A stretch of 64,000 bases of DNA, taken from positions 32,001 through 96,000 of the forward strand of contig JBBRLX010000010.1 of assembly GCA_038231135.1 (NCBI GenBank). The letters are read 5' to 3'. Below, in pieces: positions 19,458 to 29,593 of the stretch. Numbering within the stretch: the stretch's first letter is position 1; each line of letters opens with the position of its first letter. The position numbers were made by a program, and so were the translations under genes. Source of the stretch: Candidatus Eiseniibacteriota bacterium. Lineage in GTDB: Bacteria; Eisenbacteria; RBG-16-71-46. Below the pieces are notes generated by a model. The model saw only the letters and a list, made by a program, of their open reading frames with translations. It ran no database searches and was not told the DNA's origin.

Positions 19458-21116
19458 GTGCCGGTGAGCGGGCGCCGGCGGTCCGCGCCGCCCGCCGCGC
19501 GCGCCGGAGCGTCTCCGCAGCCGGCATCTCCGGCGCGGCTCACGCCTGCCATGATGGCCGCGCTCGCGCTCGCGGCCGGCGTGTGGATCGGGTTCCGGGT
19601 GTACACGGGTGTGGTGCTGGAGGACGCGCTCATCACCTACCGGCACGCCGAGAATCTCGCGCTCGGCCGCGGCTTCGGATTCAATCCGGGGGAGCCGGTA
19701 TTCGGGACCACCTCGCCGCTCCTGACGCTGGCGCTCGCACTGTTCGCGAAGCTGTTCGGCGTCGCGAACATCCCCATGATTTCGAACGTGCTCGCGATCG
19801 CCGCGGCGCTGGGGACGGGAGCGATCCTCGCGCGGCTGCTCGTCCGCACCGGGGCATCGAATCGGTTTGCCACGGGGGTGCTGCTGCTGGTGAGCCTGCA
19901 GCCCGACATCGTCTGGAGCACCGTGGGCGGGCTCGAGACCCCGATCGTCATTTTCCTCATGGCGCTCGGCCTCGACGCCGCGATGCGCGAGCGCTGGAAT
20001 CGCGTCGCGGTCGCGTCGGGCCTGCTCGTGCTCACGCGCGTGGACGGCGCGGTTTGGACGCTGCTGCTGCTCGCCGTCGCCACCCTCCGGCTGCGCGCGA
20101 AGGTCTGGCGACCCCTCGCCGCCGGGCTCGTCGTGATCGCTCCGTGGCTCGTATACGCGTGGCACACGTTCGGCAGCGTCGTGCCCCACAGCATGGTGGC
20201 GAAACAGGTCATCGGCCTGGGGCCGGGGAGCGTCAAGTATCTGCCGTGGATGATGAACTCGCTCGGCGTGACGTTCATCGGCGACCTCACCCCGTTCGAA
20301 TTCCCGATCTGGCTGTTGTTCGTCGTCGCCGGCGCCGCGGCGATCCTCGTCACGCGCGCGCAGCGCGCGTGGGCGCCGGTGGTGCTGTTCCCGGTGGTGT
20401 TCGGTGTGGCCCTGTGGCTCGGCCGGGCGCCGGCGTTCGAGTGGTATACCGTGCCCCTGACCTGGTGCTGCCTCGTTGTGGCTGCGTTCGGATCGCTCGA
20501 ATTCCGCGGCATGCTCGCGGCGTATTCGGAGCGCAGGGGCTGGCCGGCCGCCGTGGCCCGCACGGGCTTCACGGTGGCCTGGGTCATTGTGGCAATCGGG
20601 CTGGGTGCGCGCCTGGTCGACGCCTTCGAGGAGCACCGGATCGATCAGGAGAACGAGGATGGGACGCGCCGGCGCGTGGGGGAATGGCTACGCGATCACT
20701 CGACCCCGGGCGCCACGGTCGCGATGGAGGCGATCGGCTACGAAGGCACGTATTCGCGGCGCCGCGTCGTGGACCTGGCGGGAATCGTCAGCCCGGAGGT
20801 GGTGCGGCTTCACCGCGAGAGCCGGTCGAACGCCCAGACGCTCGAGCGCGTGCTCGACACGTTCCGGCCCGACTTCCTGGTGCTGCGTTCCTACGAGTTC
20901 GAGCTGAACCGCCATCATCACGGGGGGCCGCTGTTCGAAACGGCCGCCGCTCGCGAGCAATTCATCGCGCACTACCGAAACGTGCTGTCGGTGACGGCTC
21001 CGTACCCCGAAGCGTGGGGCGACAACGCGCGTATTTCCGTGTTCATGCGGGTGGGCTCGCCGTTCGTGATCGCGCCCGATTCCGTCCGGGCTGGAACACG
21101 AACGGCGGCCCCGTAG
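19458..21116 (+). CDS. Polytopic membrane protein, GT-C-like (DDAxIxxR type)
   Basis: LEDALITYRHAENLALGRG-F-FNPGE, GTTSPL, GGLET, LTRVDG, AIGY and VDLAGIV motifs; exact start uncertain. Confidence 0.65.
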   Translation: MPVSGRRRSAPPAARAGASPQPASPARLTPAMMAALALAAGVWIGFRVYTGVVLEDALITYRHAENLALGRGFGFNPGEPVFGTTSPLLTLALALFAKLFGVANIPMISNVLAIAAALGTGAILARLLVRTGASNRFATGVLLLVSLQPDIVWSTVGGLETPIVIFLMALGLDAAMRERWNRVAVASGLLVLTRVDGAVWTLLLLAVATLRLRAKVWRPLAAGLVVIAPWLVYAWHTFGSVVPHSMVAKQVIGLGPGSVKYLPWMMNSLGVTFIGDLTPFEFPIWLLFVVAGAAAILVTRAQRAWAPVVLFPVVFGVALWLGRAPAFEWYTVPLTWCCLVVAAFGSLEFRGMLAAYSERRGWPAAVARTGFTVAWVIVAIGLGARLVDAFEEHRIDQENEDGTRRRVGEWLRDHSTPGATVAMEAIGYEGTYSRRRVVDLAGIVSPEVVRLHRESRSNAQTLERVLDTFRPDFLVLRSYEFELNRHHHGGPLFETAAAREQFIAHYRNVLSVTAPYPEAWGDNARISVFMRVGSPFVIAPDSVRAGTRTAAP

Positions 21117-21130
21117 GGAGCCGCCGTTCG
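21099..21130. terminator. Hairpin between convergent genes
   Basis: CGAACGGCGGC-(CCCGTAGGGA)-GCCGCCGTTCG, an 11-bp perfect stem. Confidence 0.55.
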
Positions 21131-21157
21131 CGAACTGTTACCGGGATTGCCGGCCGA

Positions 21158-21766
21158 TCAGGTCAGGGTATCGACGGCGACCCCGTTTCCGTTATGAGCG
21201 GTTCCTTGGAGCACCCGGACACTGGGCTCGAGGCTGGCCGGCGTGGACGCAATCAGCACGCGCGCCGGCGACGTTCCGCAATTGTCGAGCGTGTGAGGCG
21301 CGCGCCCGTCGTAGTGGCACGAGTCGCCTGTTTCGAGGACGACCGTATGCCCACCCGTGCTGAACCGCACCTGCCCGGCCACGCACACGATGCAGACCTC
21401 GCCCTGATGATAGGGCTGATCCCCGGTGGTCGTGGAGCCCATGGGCAGATCGGCCATGAGCATCTCGAGGTTGCGCTTGGGCTGAGCGGAGAGGATCTCG
21501 ACCGATGAGCCATTGTTGCCGAAATGGAAGCGCGGTCGATCCCGCTCCCTTACGACGTGGGGCTTGTGGTCGTCTTCCACCACGAGAAACGCGATGGAGG
21601 TCTCGAGTGCCCGAGCCAGGTCTCTCAGCGTGGCAAGTGAGGGAGACGTGCGATCATTTTCGACCTGGCTAATAAAGCCCTTCGAAAGACCGCTGGCTTC
21701 GGCGAGCTGCTGAACTGTGAGACCACGGCGGAACCGCAAGTCCCGTATTCTCTTACCGAGTTGCAT
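21158..21766 (-). CDS. XRE-family HTH plus cupin transcriptional regulator (PuuR-like architecture)
   Basis: GKRIRDLR...LAEASGLSKGFISQVENDRTSPSL HTH; HQGE...LETGDS...PH cupin; GGAGGT RBS. Confidence 0.9.
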   Translation of the reverse strand: MQLGKRIRDLRFRRGLTVQQLAEASGLSKGFISQVENDRTSPSLATLRDLARALETSIAFLVVEDDHKPHVVRERDRPRFHFGNNGSSVEILSAQPKRNLEMLMADLPMGSTTTGDQPYHQGEVCIVCVAGQVRFSTGGHTVVLETGDSCHYDGRAPHTLDNCGTSPARVLIASTPASLEPSVRVLQGTAHNGNGVAVDTLT

Positions 21767-21809
21767 TAGCCTACCTCCGTAGGGGTATGGAGGATTGATG
21801 TGTTCAATA

Positions 21810-21838
21810 ATGCTAAAGGAGGTTCATCCCCGGGTCAA
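21810..21838 (-). promoter_or_regulatory. Sigma70-like promoter of the XRE-cupin gene
   Basis: Minus strand TTGACC-N17-TAGCAT in an AT-rich spacer. Confidence 0.55.
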
Positions 21839-23661
21839 GAACTTGCATTGATGGTGGCGTTTTGCCCTACGGAATCACGGCCCGAACCGCTGTCCCCGGC
21901 CTGGCCCAGGTACTGGAGCTCGTACAGCCGGGAGTAAATCCCCCCCAGCCGGAGCAGCTCGCCGTGGGTGCCGGTTTCCCGCACCCGGCCGTGGTGGAGA
22001 ACCACGATCCGGTCGACATGCTGGATCGTGGACAGCCGGTGGGCGATCACGATGCTGGTCCGGCCCTCCATCAGGCGCCTAAGGGCGTCCTGGATCAGGA
22101 GTTCGGTGTGGGTATCCACCGAGGACGTGGCCTCGTCGAGGATCAGGAGCCCGGGGTTGCGCGCCAGCGCCCGGGCGAACGCCAGCAGCTGGCGCTGGCC
22201 GGCCGACAGCGTCGCGCCGCGCTCGAGCACGACGGTCCGGGAGCCCTCCGGCAGCTCGGCGATGAACTCGTGGGCGTGCACCTCGCGGGCCGCGGTTTCG
22301 AGCACCTCGTCGGTCAGCGACGGATCGCCGAGGCTGAGGTTGCTCGTAATCGTGCCCGAGAACAGGAACACGTCCTGCAACGCGACGCCGATGTGGTTGC
22401 GCAGCTCGTGGACGTCCCAGTCGGCGAGCGGGCGGCCGTCCACCCGGATCTCCCCGCGCTGTGGCGCGTAGAACCGCAGCAGCAGGCTGATGAGCGTGGT
22501 TTTGCCGGAGCCGGTGGCGCCCACGATCGCCACCTTCTCGCCGGGCGCGACCGAGAACGACACGTCCTCGAGCACCCAGTGCTCACCCTCGTACGCGAAC
22601 CACACGTGGTCGAACTCGACCCTGCCCTCGAACGCCGACTCGGCCTCCCGGCTCCCGCCGAGCGCGGTGTCGGCCGGCGTGTCGAGCAGCGCGAAGATCC
22701 GCTCGGCCGACGCCATCGCCTGCTGCAGGATGCCGTACTTCTCGCTGAGGTCCGAGATCGGCCGGAAGAACCGCTGCGTGTACTGGATGAACGCGACCAG
22801 GATGCCGAGCGTGATGCCTTCCCACATCACCTGGCGGCCGCCGTACCAGACGATCAGCGACAGCGCCACCGCGCCGATCAGCTCCATCACCGGGAAGAAC
22901 ACCGCGTTGTAGAACACGGTATCGAGGTTCGCGTCGCGGTGGCCGGCGTTGATGCCGCGGAACTCCTCGTGGTTGCGCCGCTCGCGATTCAGCAGCTGCA
23001 CGGTGCTCATGCCGCCGAGGTTCTCGTTGAGGAACGAGTTGAGCCGGGCGAGCCGCGTGCGGATGTCGCGGAACGACCGGCGCATCTTCACGCGGAACAC
23101 CAGCGTCACGATCACGATCAGCGGCAGCACCGAGAACGCGACCGCCAGCAGCTCGAAGTTCAGCTTGGCCATCGCCACGATCACGCCGACCAGCGCGAAC
23201 ACGTCCCCGAACACCCCCACCACACCGGACGCGAACAGCTCGTTCAGCACGTCCACGTCGTTCGTGACGCGCGTCATCACGCGGCCGACAGGGTTCCTGT
23301 CGAACCACGCGAGCGGCAGCCGCTGCAGGTGGGTGAACAACTGCAGCCGCAGGTCCAGCATGATCCGCTGCCCGACGCGCTGCATGATCTGGTATTGCAG
23401 GTAGCCGAGCCCGAAGCCGACGAGCAGCACCGACACGTACACCATCGCCATCTGGTTCAGGAACGGCAGGTTCCGATTGCGGATGCCGTGGTCGATCGCC
23501 TGCTTCGTGAGGTACGGACCGGCGAGCCCGACCAGCGCGTCGACGATCACGATCACGATCGCGGCGATGACCTCGCCGCGGTACGGGCGCAGGTAGCCGA
23601 GCAGCCGCTGCATCAGGCGGTGGTCGTAGGCCTTGCCGTGCAGCTCCTCGTCGTGGCTCAC
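21835..23661 (-). CDS. ABC exporter, fused permease/ATPase (MdlB/YheH-like)
   Basis: TMD followed by GATGSGKT Walker A, LSAGQRQ signature, LILDEATS, IAHRLST. Confidence 0.9.
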   Translation of the reverse strand: MSHDEELHGKAYDHRLMQRLLGYLRPYRGEVIAAIVIVIVDALVGLAGPYLTKQAIDHGIRNRNLPFLNQMAMVYVSVLLVGFGLGYLQYQIMQRVGQRIMLDLRLQLFTHLQRLPLAWFDRNPVGRVMTRVTNDVDVLNELFASGVVGVFGDVFALVGVIVAMAKLNFELLAVAFSVLPLIVIVTLVFRVKMRRSFRDIRTRLARLNSFLNENLGGMSTVQLLNRERRNHEEFRGINAGHRDANLDTVFYNAVFFPVMELIGAVALSLIVWYGGRQVMWEGITLGILVAFIQYTQRFFRPISDLSEKYGILQQAMASAERIFALLDTPADTALGGSREAESAFEGRVEFDHVWFAYEGEHWVLEDVSFSVAPGEKVAIVGATGSGKTTLISLLLRFYAPQRGEIRVDGRPLADWDVHELRNHIGVALQDVFLFSGTITSNLSLGDPSLTDEVLETAAREVHAHEFIAELPEGSRTVVLERGATLSAGQRQLLAFARALARNPGLLILDEATSSVDTHTELLIQDALRRLMEGRTSIVIAHRLSTIQHVDRIVVLHHGRVRETGTHGELLRLGGIYSRLYELQYLGQAGDSGSGRDSVGQNATINASS

Positions 23662-25406
23662 GGGACCTCGAGCTCCTGTTCGAGCTGCTGCTCGCGCGCG
23701 AGGCGCGCATAACGGCCGCGGGCGGCCACCAGCGCGTCGTGGGTGCCGCGCTCGACGATCCGGCCGCCGTCGAGCACCAGGATCTGGTCGGCGTCCCGCA
23801 CCGCGCTCACCCGGTGCGACACGATCAGCGTGGTGCGTTCGCGCATCACGCCGCGCAGGCCGTGGAGGATCGCGTCCTCGGTCTGGGTGTCGACCGACGA
23901 CAGGCAGTCGTCGAGCAGCAATACCGGCGCGTCGCGCAGCACCGCGCGCGCGATCGTCACGCGCTGTTTCTGGCCGCCCGACAGCGTGATGCCGCGCTCG
24001 CCCACCAGCGTGTCGAACCCCGCGGGCAGCGTGCGCGCGTCACCTTCGAAGTGCGCGATGCGAGCGGCGCCCAGGATGGCGTCTGCCGGCGCGTGCTCGA
24101 CCCCGTAGCCGATGTTCTCGCCAACCGTGGCCGAGAACAGGAACGCGTCCTGCGGCACGTAGCCGATGTGCCCGCGCAGCCATTGAAGATCCAGCGTCCG
24201 CACATCACGGCCGTCGAGGAACACGGTGCCCGGCGGCGGGTCGAACAGCCGCGGCACCAGCGCGAGCACCGTGGACTTACCCGCGCCCGTGCCGCCGACG
24301 ATCGCCACCGTCGTGCCCGCGGGGACCTCGAAGCTCACGTCACGGAGCACGTCGCGGTCGGCGCCCGGATAGCGGAACGTCAGCCGCCGGAACTCGAGCG
24401 CGCCGGCGCAGCGCGCCGGGCTCACGCTGCCCGGTTCCGACACGATGCGCGGCGCCTCGTCGAGCAACTCCACCAGGCGCGCGAACGACGCCGCGCCGCG
24501 CTGGAACAGGTTCACCACCCAGCCCAGCGCGACCACCGGCCAGTTCAGCATGCCCAGGTACACCGTGAACGCCACGAACGCCCCGAGCGTGATGTGCCCG
24601 GCCATGACCTCGCGGCCGCCGAGATAGAGCGCGAGCAGCGCCGCCACGCCGGACAGGAACGCGAGCGCGGGATAGAACGCTCCGGACACCCGGATCAGGT
24701 CGAGGTTGCGCCGCGCGTAGTCCTCGTTGAGCACGCGGAACTGGTCGATCTCGTGATCCTCGCGCGCGAACGCCCGCACCACGCGGATGCCGGCGAGGTT
24801 CTCCTGCACGCGGGCGGAGATGCCGGCGAACCGCGCCTGGATGTCCTCGAACCGCCGGTGGATCGTGTCGCCGAAGTACCACACGGTGAGCGTGACGAGC
24901 GGCAGCGGCAGCAGCGACAGCGCCGTGAGCCGCGGGCTGATCGCGATCATGAATCCGAGCGAGATCACGGCGACGACGACCGTGTTCACGAGGTACATCA
25001 GGCCGGGGCCGACCATCATGCGCACCGCCGACAGGTCGTTCGTGGCGCGGGACATGATCTCGCCGGTGCGCGCGTGCTGGAAGTGCTCGAGCGGCAGCTT
25101 CTGCAGGTGCCCGAACAGGTCGTTGCGCAGGTCGTACTCGATGTGGCGCGACACGCCGACCACCTCGCGCCGCATCAGGAACTTGAACAGCCCCGAAACC
25201 AGCGCGATCCCGAACAGCAGCAGCGCCGAACGGCCGAGCTTGGCGGCGGTCACCCCGTGGTACAGGTCGTCGACCGCCACGCGCAGCACCTGCGGCTGGC
25301 TCAGCGCGACGATGTTCGTCACGACGATCGCGGCGAGACCCCACGCGAGCCGCCGGCGATGCCTCGCCAGGTAGGGGAACAGGCGGGTGCGGAACAAACC
25401 AGGCAC
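23658..25406 (-). CDS. ABC exporter, fused permease/ATPase (MdlA/YheI-like, degenerate-site partner)
   Basis: GGTGAGKS, LSGGQKQR, LLLDDCLS (catalytic Glu replaced by Asp); GTG start at 25406 with GGAGA RBS; GTGA coupling to its partner. Confidence 0.88.
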   Translation of the reverse strand: MPGLFRTRLFPYLARHRRRLAWGLAAIVVTNIVALSQPQVLRVAVDDLYHGVTAAKLGRSALLLFGIALVSGLFKFLMRREVVGVSRHIEYDLRNDLFGHLQKLPLEHFQHARTGEIMSRATNDLSAVRMMVGPGLMYLVNTVVVAVISLGFMIAISPRLTALSLLPLPLVTLTVWYFGDTIHRRFEDIQARFAGISARVQENLAGIRVVRAFAREDHEIDQFRVLNEDYARRNLDLIRVSGAFYPALAFLSGVAALLALYLGGREVMAGHITLGAFVAFTVYLGMLNWPVVALGWVVNLFQRGAASFARLVELLDEAPRIVSEPGSVSPARCAGALEFRRLTFRYPGADRDVLRDVSFEVPAGTTVAIVGGTGAGKSTVLALVPRLFDPPPGTVFLDGRDVRTLDLQWLRGHIGYVPQDAFLFSATVGENIGYGVEHAPADAILGAARIAHFEGDARTLPAGFDTLVGERGITLSGGQKQRVTIARAVLRDAPVLLLDDCLSSVDTQTEDAILHGLRGVMRERTTLIVSHRVSAVRDADQILVLDGGRIVERGTHDALVAARGRYARLAREQQLEQELEVP

Positions 25407-25497
25407 GTAATCTCCGGTGTGCCTGCGGCCCCCGACCTGGGGGCTCGCGGGTCCGATCCACGCCGTCGACGCCGCGTGGGGCCGCGGCGCCCCTGAG

Positions 25498-26358
25498 CTA
25501 CTTCGAGTTGCCGAAGAAGCCCTGCAGCCGGCCCAGCGTGGTTTTCTTGGCAGCGACGCCGATGTAGTACCGATCGAAGTGCAGGACGTTCTTGCCGGAC
25601 GCGGTGTGCTGCGAGCCGGCGAACACATCGAGCCCATCGTCCACGCGATAAAGAATCTGCGGCCCGATCAGGTGTTCCGTCCCGGGGGTCAGCGTGTCGT
25701 GCGACTCGAACCGGCCGCGGTAGTCGCCCGCGAGCAGCACGTGGCGGCTCACCCACCAGCCGAAGTCGGCGGTGGCCAGCGCTTCGTCCGCCTCGGCGGC
25801 CTTCGAGTTGTAGGAATCGAGCCGCCGCAGGTACCCGCCGCCGAGCTGCAGGAACGCGTGGATGGGCCTGAGCTCCATTCCCAGCTCGAGCATGCCGATC
25901 GCATCCTGCCGACCATCCCCCACGGCCGGGGTCAGACGCCGGTTGTAGCCCATCGGCGTACGGATATCGGCGCTCAGCGCGAGCGCAGTGGCCCCGCCGA
26001 TCAGCCGGTACTTGAGACCGACCTCGAGATCCGACAGCGAGGTCGCGGTCGAGCCCACCGACGGCGCGAACGCCCGGCTCACGTTCACGAACGGGAGGTC
26101 GGCGCGGAAGCTGAGCCGCTTCTTCCAGCCGAGTTCCGTCGCCCACCGCAGTTCGCGCCGGTCGTAGGACCCGCCGGCCGCGAACGGCGGGCGTTCGCCG
26201 TCGGCGTCGAAGAACGACTTCGAGGTCCCGTAGCTGCCGTCCACGCGGGTGAAGAATTCGCCGGGCGCGAGCGCCCAGGGCGAGGCCCCGGCCGCGCCGG
26301 CGATCGGCATCAGGAACGCAACCAGCCACCACGATCCTGCGACGCGACGTGCTCTCAT
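25498..26358 (-). CDS. Secreted, probably outer-membrane beta-barrel-like hypothetical protein
   Basis: Signal peptide, ASPWALAPGE start, alternating aromatic/hydrophobic strands (DLEVGLKYRL, LQLGGGY); GGAGG RBS. Confidence 0.6.
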   Translation of the reverse strand: MRARRVAGSWWLVAFLMPIAGAAGASPWALAPGEFFTRVDGSYGTSKSFFDADGERPPFAAGGSYDRRELRWATELGWKKRLSFRADLPFVNVSRAFAPSVGSTATSLSDLEVGLKYRLIGGATALALSADIRTPMGYNRRLTPAVGDGRQDAIGMLELGMELRPIHAFLQLGGGYLRRLDSYNSKAAEADEALATADFGWWVSRHVLLAGDYRGRFESHDTLTPGTEHLIGPQILYRVDDGLDVFAGSQHTASGKNVLHFDRYYIGVAAKKTTLGRLQGFFGNSK

Positions 26359-26517
26359 GTGTGGTTCGCAACCTCCGCCGCGGCGGGCCGCGGACTCTCG
26401 AGGATCCCGGTGCAAGGTCAAGTGAACGCCGGAGATTAGACGCGGGGGGCGACGGGAAGCAAGGCACGCGACGCCGTGGGTTTCGTCCGGCGCGGAGTCG
26501 TCGCTAGACTGCGCGGC

Positions 26518-27519
26518 ATGTCCGCCGCTTCGCCGCTCCACGTTCTCGAGTACATCCGCCACCAGGACGGCATCTGGGATCTGCCCGCGGAGTACGTGGA
26601 TTCGCTGCGCCGGGAGTTCCCGCAGGTGCGGTTCAGCTCGCCCGCGAACAACGCCGCGTGCGACGCGTTGCTGCCCGAAGCCGACATCGTGCTCGGCTGG
26701 GCGGTGCGCCCGGACAATTTTGCCCCCGCCCGGCGGCTGAAGTGGATCCAGGTCACGGCCGCGGGCGTGGGTGGGCTGTTGTTCCCGGAACTGGTCGCGA
26801 GCGACGTGATCGTGACGAACGGCCGGGGCCTGCACGCGGTGTCGATGGCCGAGCACACGCTGGGCGTGATGCTGATGTTCGTGCGCAAACTGCATCTGGC
26901 GCGCGACGCGCAGCGCGAGCGGGTGTGGAATCAGGACGCGCAGTGGGCCACGCCGCCGCCGTTCCGGGACCTCGGCGGCACCACGATGGCGCTGGTCGGG
27001 CTCGGCGCCGTGGGGAGTGCCATCGCCACGCGTGCGCAGGCACTCGGCGTGCGCGTGATCGCCGTGCGCCGGCATCCCGCGGCCGATCCCGCGCCGGCGG
27101 ACGCCCAGTGGGGGAACGAGCGGCTCGACGAGGCGGTCGCCGCCGCCGACTGGGTCGTGCTCGCCGCCCCGCTGACGCCGGACACCCGCGGCCTGTTCGA
27201 CCGCGCGCGGCTCGCGCGCCTCCAGCCCGGCGCCGTGCTCGTCAATCTCGGCCGCGGCGCGCTCGTCGACGAGGCCGCGCTCATCGAGGCGCTCGCGGAG
27301 CACCGGTTCGCGGGCGCGGCGCTCGACGTGTTCGAGAACGAGCCGCTCGACACCAGGAGTCCGCTGTGGTCGATGCCGCACGTGATCGTGACGCCGCATG
27401 TGTCGGGTTTCGGGCCGCGCTACTGGGAGCGCGGCATGGAGCTGTTCCGCCGCAACTTGCACGCGTGGAACGCAGGGCGGCCGCTCGAGAACCTGGTCGA
27501 CAAGCAGGCGGGCTACTGA
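26518..27519 (+). CDS. D-2-hydroxyacid dehydrogenase (NAD-binding)
   Basis: LVGLGAVG, VNLGRG, LDVFENEPL, TPHVSG. Confidence 0.9.
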   Translation: MSAASPLHVLEYIRHQDGIWDLPAEYVDSLRREFPQVRFSSPANNAACDALLPEADIVLGWAVRPDNFAPARRLKWIQVTAAGVGGLLFPELVASDVIVTNGRGLHAVSMAEHTLGVMLMFVRKLHLARDAQRERVWNQDAQWATPPPFRDLGGTTMALVGLGAVGSAIATRAQALGVRVIAVRRHPAADPAPADAQWGNERLDEAVAAADWVVLAAPLTPDTRGLFDRARLARLQPGAVLVNLGRGALVDEAALIEALAEHRFAGAALDVFENEPLDTRSPLWSMPHVIVTPHVSGFGPRYWERGMELFRRNLHAWNAGRPLENLVDKQAGY

Positions 27520-27628
27520 TGCGGGGCCGGCGCGCGCGTGACCTCGTTCCGGCCGCCGGCGCCGATCCCGCCCGGTGGCGCTTCCCCGGCGCGCGGCTCT
27601 GGCGACCCGGGCGCGCCGGAGTCCAACC

Positions 27629-28267
27629 GTGACCGATCTCGGCGTGATCGTGGCGGGCGGCGCCGGCGCGCGACTCGGCGCCGGCGTGCCGAAGGCGCAG
27701 GCCATGCTGGCGGGGGAGACGCTGCTCGAACGCGCGATCGCGACGCTCGCCGCCGTGTGCGATCCGATCGTGGTGGTGACGCCCGGCGACCGCCGCCCCG
27801 ACACCACGGTGAAATGGGTGGAGGACGCCGAGCCCCTGGCCGGGCCGCTCGCGGGCCTCGTCGCCGGCCTGCGCTCGGAGCCGTACACCCGCGCGCTCGT
27901 GGTGGGCGTGGACTTCCCCCTGTTATGCGCCGGGTTCCTGGCCGCGCTGCTCGACGAGCTCGACGCGAGCGGAGCGCCGGCGGTGCTGACGGCCCCGGGG
28001 GGTACCCCGCAGCCGCTGCTCGCGGCGTTCGCGCCCCGCGCGGCCGCGGAACTCGAGCGCGCGCTCGAGCGCGGCGAGCGCTCGGTGACGCGTGCGGTGA
28101 TGGAGCTCGGGCCCCGCGTGCTCGACGATACGCGGCTCGCAGCCATGGCGGGCGGCTTCGAGAACCTGGTCAACGTGAACACGCCCGAGGATCTGGCGGC
28201 GGTGGAACGGACGCTGCAGCAGCGCGGGCCGCACGACGTTGCGGATCCCGGCGCAGGGGACGCGTGA
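27629..28267 (+). CDS. mobA: Molybdenum cofactor guanylyltransferase
   Basis: AGGxxxRLG...KA, GPLAGL, VDFPLL, QPLLA, NVNTPEDL. Confidence 0.75.
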   Translation: MTDLGVIVAGGAGARLGAGVPKAQAMLAGETLLERAIATLAAVCDPIVVVTPGDRRPDTTVKWVEDAEPLAGPLAGLVAGLRSEPYTRALVVGVDFPLLCAGFLAALLDELDASGAPAVLTAPGGTPQPLLAAFAPRAAAELERALERGERSVTRAVMELGPRVLDDTRLAAMAGGFENLVNVNTPEDLAAVERTLQQRGPHDVADPGAGDA

Positions 28268-29550
28268 GCGCCGTCGCGGCGGCGCCGCTCCTGGCGGGCG
28301 CGGTGCCGGTGAGCCGCGCCATCGCCGCGCTGCGCCGCGCCGATCCGGCCGTGCACGCGTTCCATCTCTACGATCTCGACGCGCTCGCAGCGCGCGCGCG
28401 CCGGTTTCGCGCCGCGTTCGCCGGACTCGATCCGCTGGTCGCCTATGCGATCAAGGCGAACGGCCTGCCCGCGATCCTCGAGACGCTCGAGCGCGAACAG
28501 CTCGGCGCCGATGCCGGGTCGATCGGCGAGCTGGAGCTGGCGGCACGTGCGGGATTCGACCCCGCGCGCATCGAGCTCAATGGCAACGGTCGCACTCCCG
28601 AGGAGGCCGCGTGGGTCGCGCTGCGCGGCGTGCACTCGGTGAACGCCGATCACGTCGGCGAGCTCGAGTTGCTAGATCGCGTGGCGGCGCGCGCGGGCCG
28701 CGTGCTGCGCGTGGCGCTGCGGGTCAACCCCGGCATCGAGCTGCCCGGGCATCCCTACGTGGCTACCGGACACGATGACGCGAAGTTCGGCGTGGCGCCT
28801 GCCGAAGCGCTCGAAGTCTGGAGCGCCCGCGCCCGCTGGCCCTCGCTCGACCTGGGCGGCGTGCACTTTCACGTTGGCTCACAGGTGCTCGACCCTGAAC
28901 CGCTGGAGCGCGCCGCCACCGAGGCGATCGAGCTGGCGAAGGCATCCGCCGCGCGCGGCGCACCGCTCACCTGGCTCAATCTCGGCGGCGGTTTCGGCGT
29001 CGATTCCGCAACCGGCGCCGAGTTCCCGCTCGAGCGCCACGCGCAACGATTGACGCAGCAGCTTGGGAACGTGGGGCTTGCCCCGGGGCGCGAGCGCTGG
29101 CGCATCGTGTTCGAGCCGGGCCGCTGGCTGGTGGCGCCCGTGGGGGTGCTGGTGGCCGAGGTGCTGTGGGTCAAGCACCGCGATGGCCACCGGTTCCTCG
29201 TGCTCGGGGCGGGCATGAACGACTTCATCCGCCCCGCGCTCTATGGCGCGCTGCACGGCATCGTGCCCGTGATCCCGCGGGCGGGCGACGTGGGGCCCGC
29301 GACCGTGGTGGGCCCGGTGTGCGAGAGCGGCGACGTATTCCGCGATCGCGTGATGCTGCCGCCGGTCGAGCCCGGCGACTGGGTGGCGATCCTCGATACC
29401 GGCGCCTACGGCGCCGCGATGGCTTCGACCTACAACGGCCGCGGCCGGCTGGCGGAAGTCGTGGTGCGCGACGGCCACTTGCGACTCGCCCGTGCGGCCG
29501 AGACGCCGGACGACCTGATGCGCGGGCGGCGCGATGATCCCCTCGAATGA
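28264..29550 (+). CDS. lysA: Diaminopimelate decarboxylase
   Basis: YAIKAN PLP lysine, HPYVATG...KFG, HFHVGSQ, LGGGFG, EPGR, RPALYG, GPVCESGD, GAYG. Confidence 0.88.
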   Translation: MSAVAAAPLLAGAVPVSRAIAALRRADPAVHAFHLYDLDALAARARRFRAAFAGLDPLVAYAIKANGLPAILETLEREQLGADAGSIGELELAARAGFDPARIELNGNGRTPEEAAWVALRGVHSVNADHVGELELLDRVAARAGRVLRVALRVNPGIELPGHPYVATGHDDAKFGVAPAEALEVWSARARWPSLDLGGVHFHVGSQVLDPEPLERAATEAIELAKASAARGAPLTWLNLGGGFGVDSATGAEFPLERHAQRLTQQLGNVGLAPGRERWRIVFEPGRWLVAPVGVLVAEVLWVKHRDGHRFLVLGAGMNDFIRPALYGALHGIVPVIPRAGDVGPATVVGPVCESGDVFRDRVMLPPVEPGDWVAILDTGAYGAAMASTYNGRGRLAEVVVRDGHLRLARAAETPDDLMRGRRDDPLE

Positions 29551-29564
29551 CGCGGCGCCGAGGC

Positions 29565-29593
29565 TTGACACTCGGCAGCGCGGGCCGGAAACT
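29565..29593 (+). promoter_or_regulatory. Candidate sigma70 promoter of etfBA
   Basis: TTGACA-N17-GAAACT (weak -10). Confidence 0.35.

Noticed and set aside
25498..28653. 1051-aa ORF and the many other long Arg/Ala/Pro-rich ORFs antisense to or overlapping real genes
   Set aside because: Shadow ORFs expected in GC-rich DNA; only the last 286 aa of this one looks like a protein.
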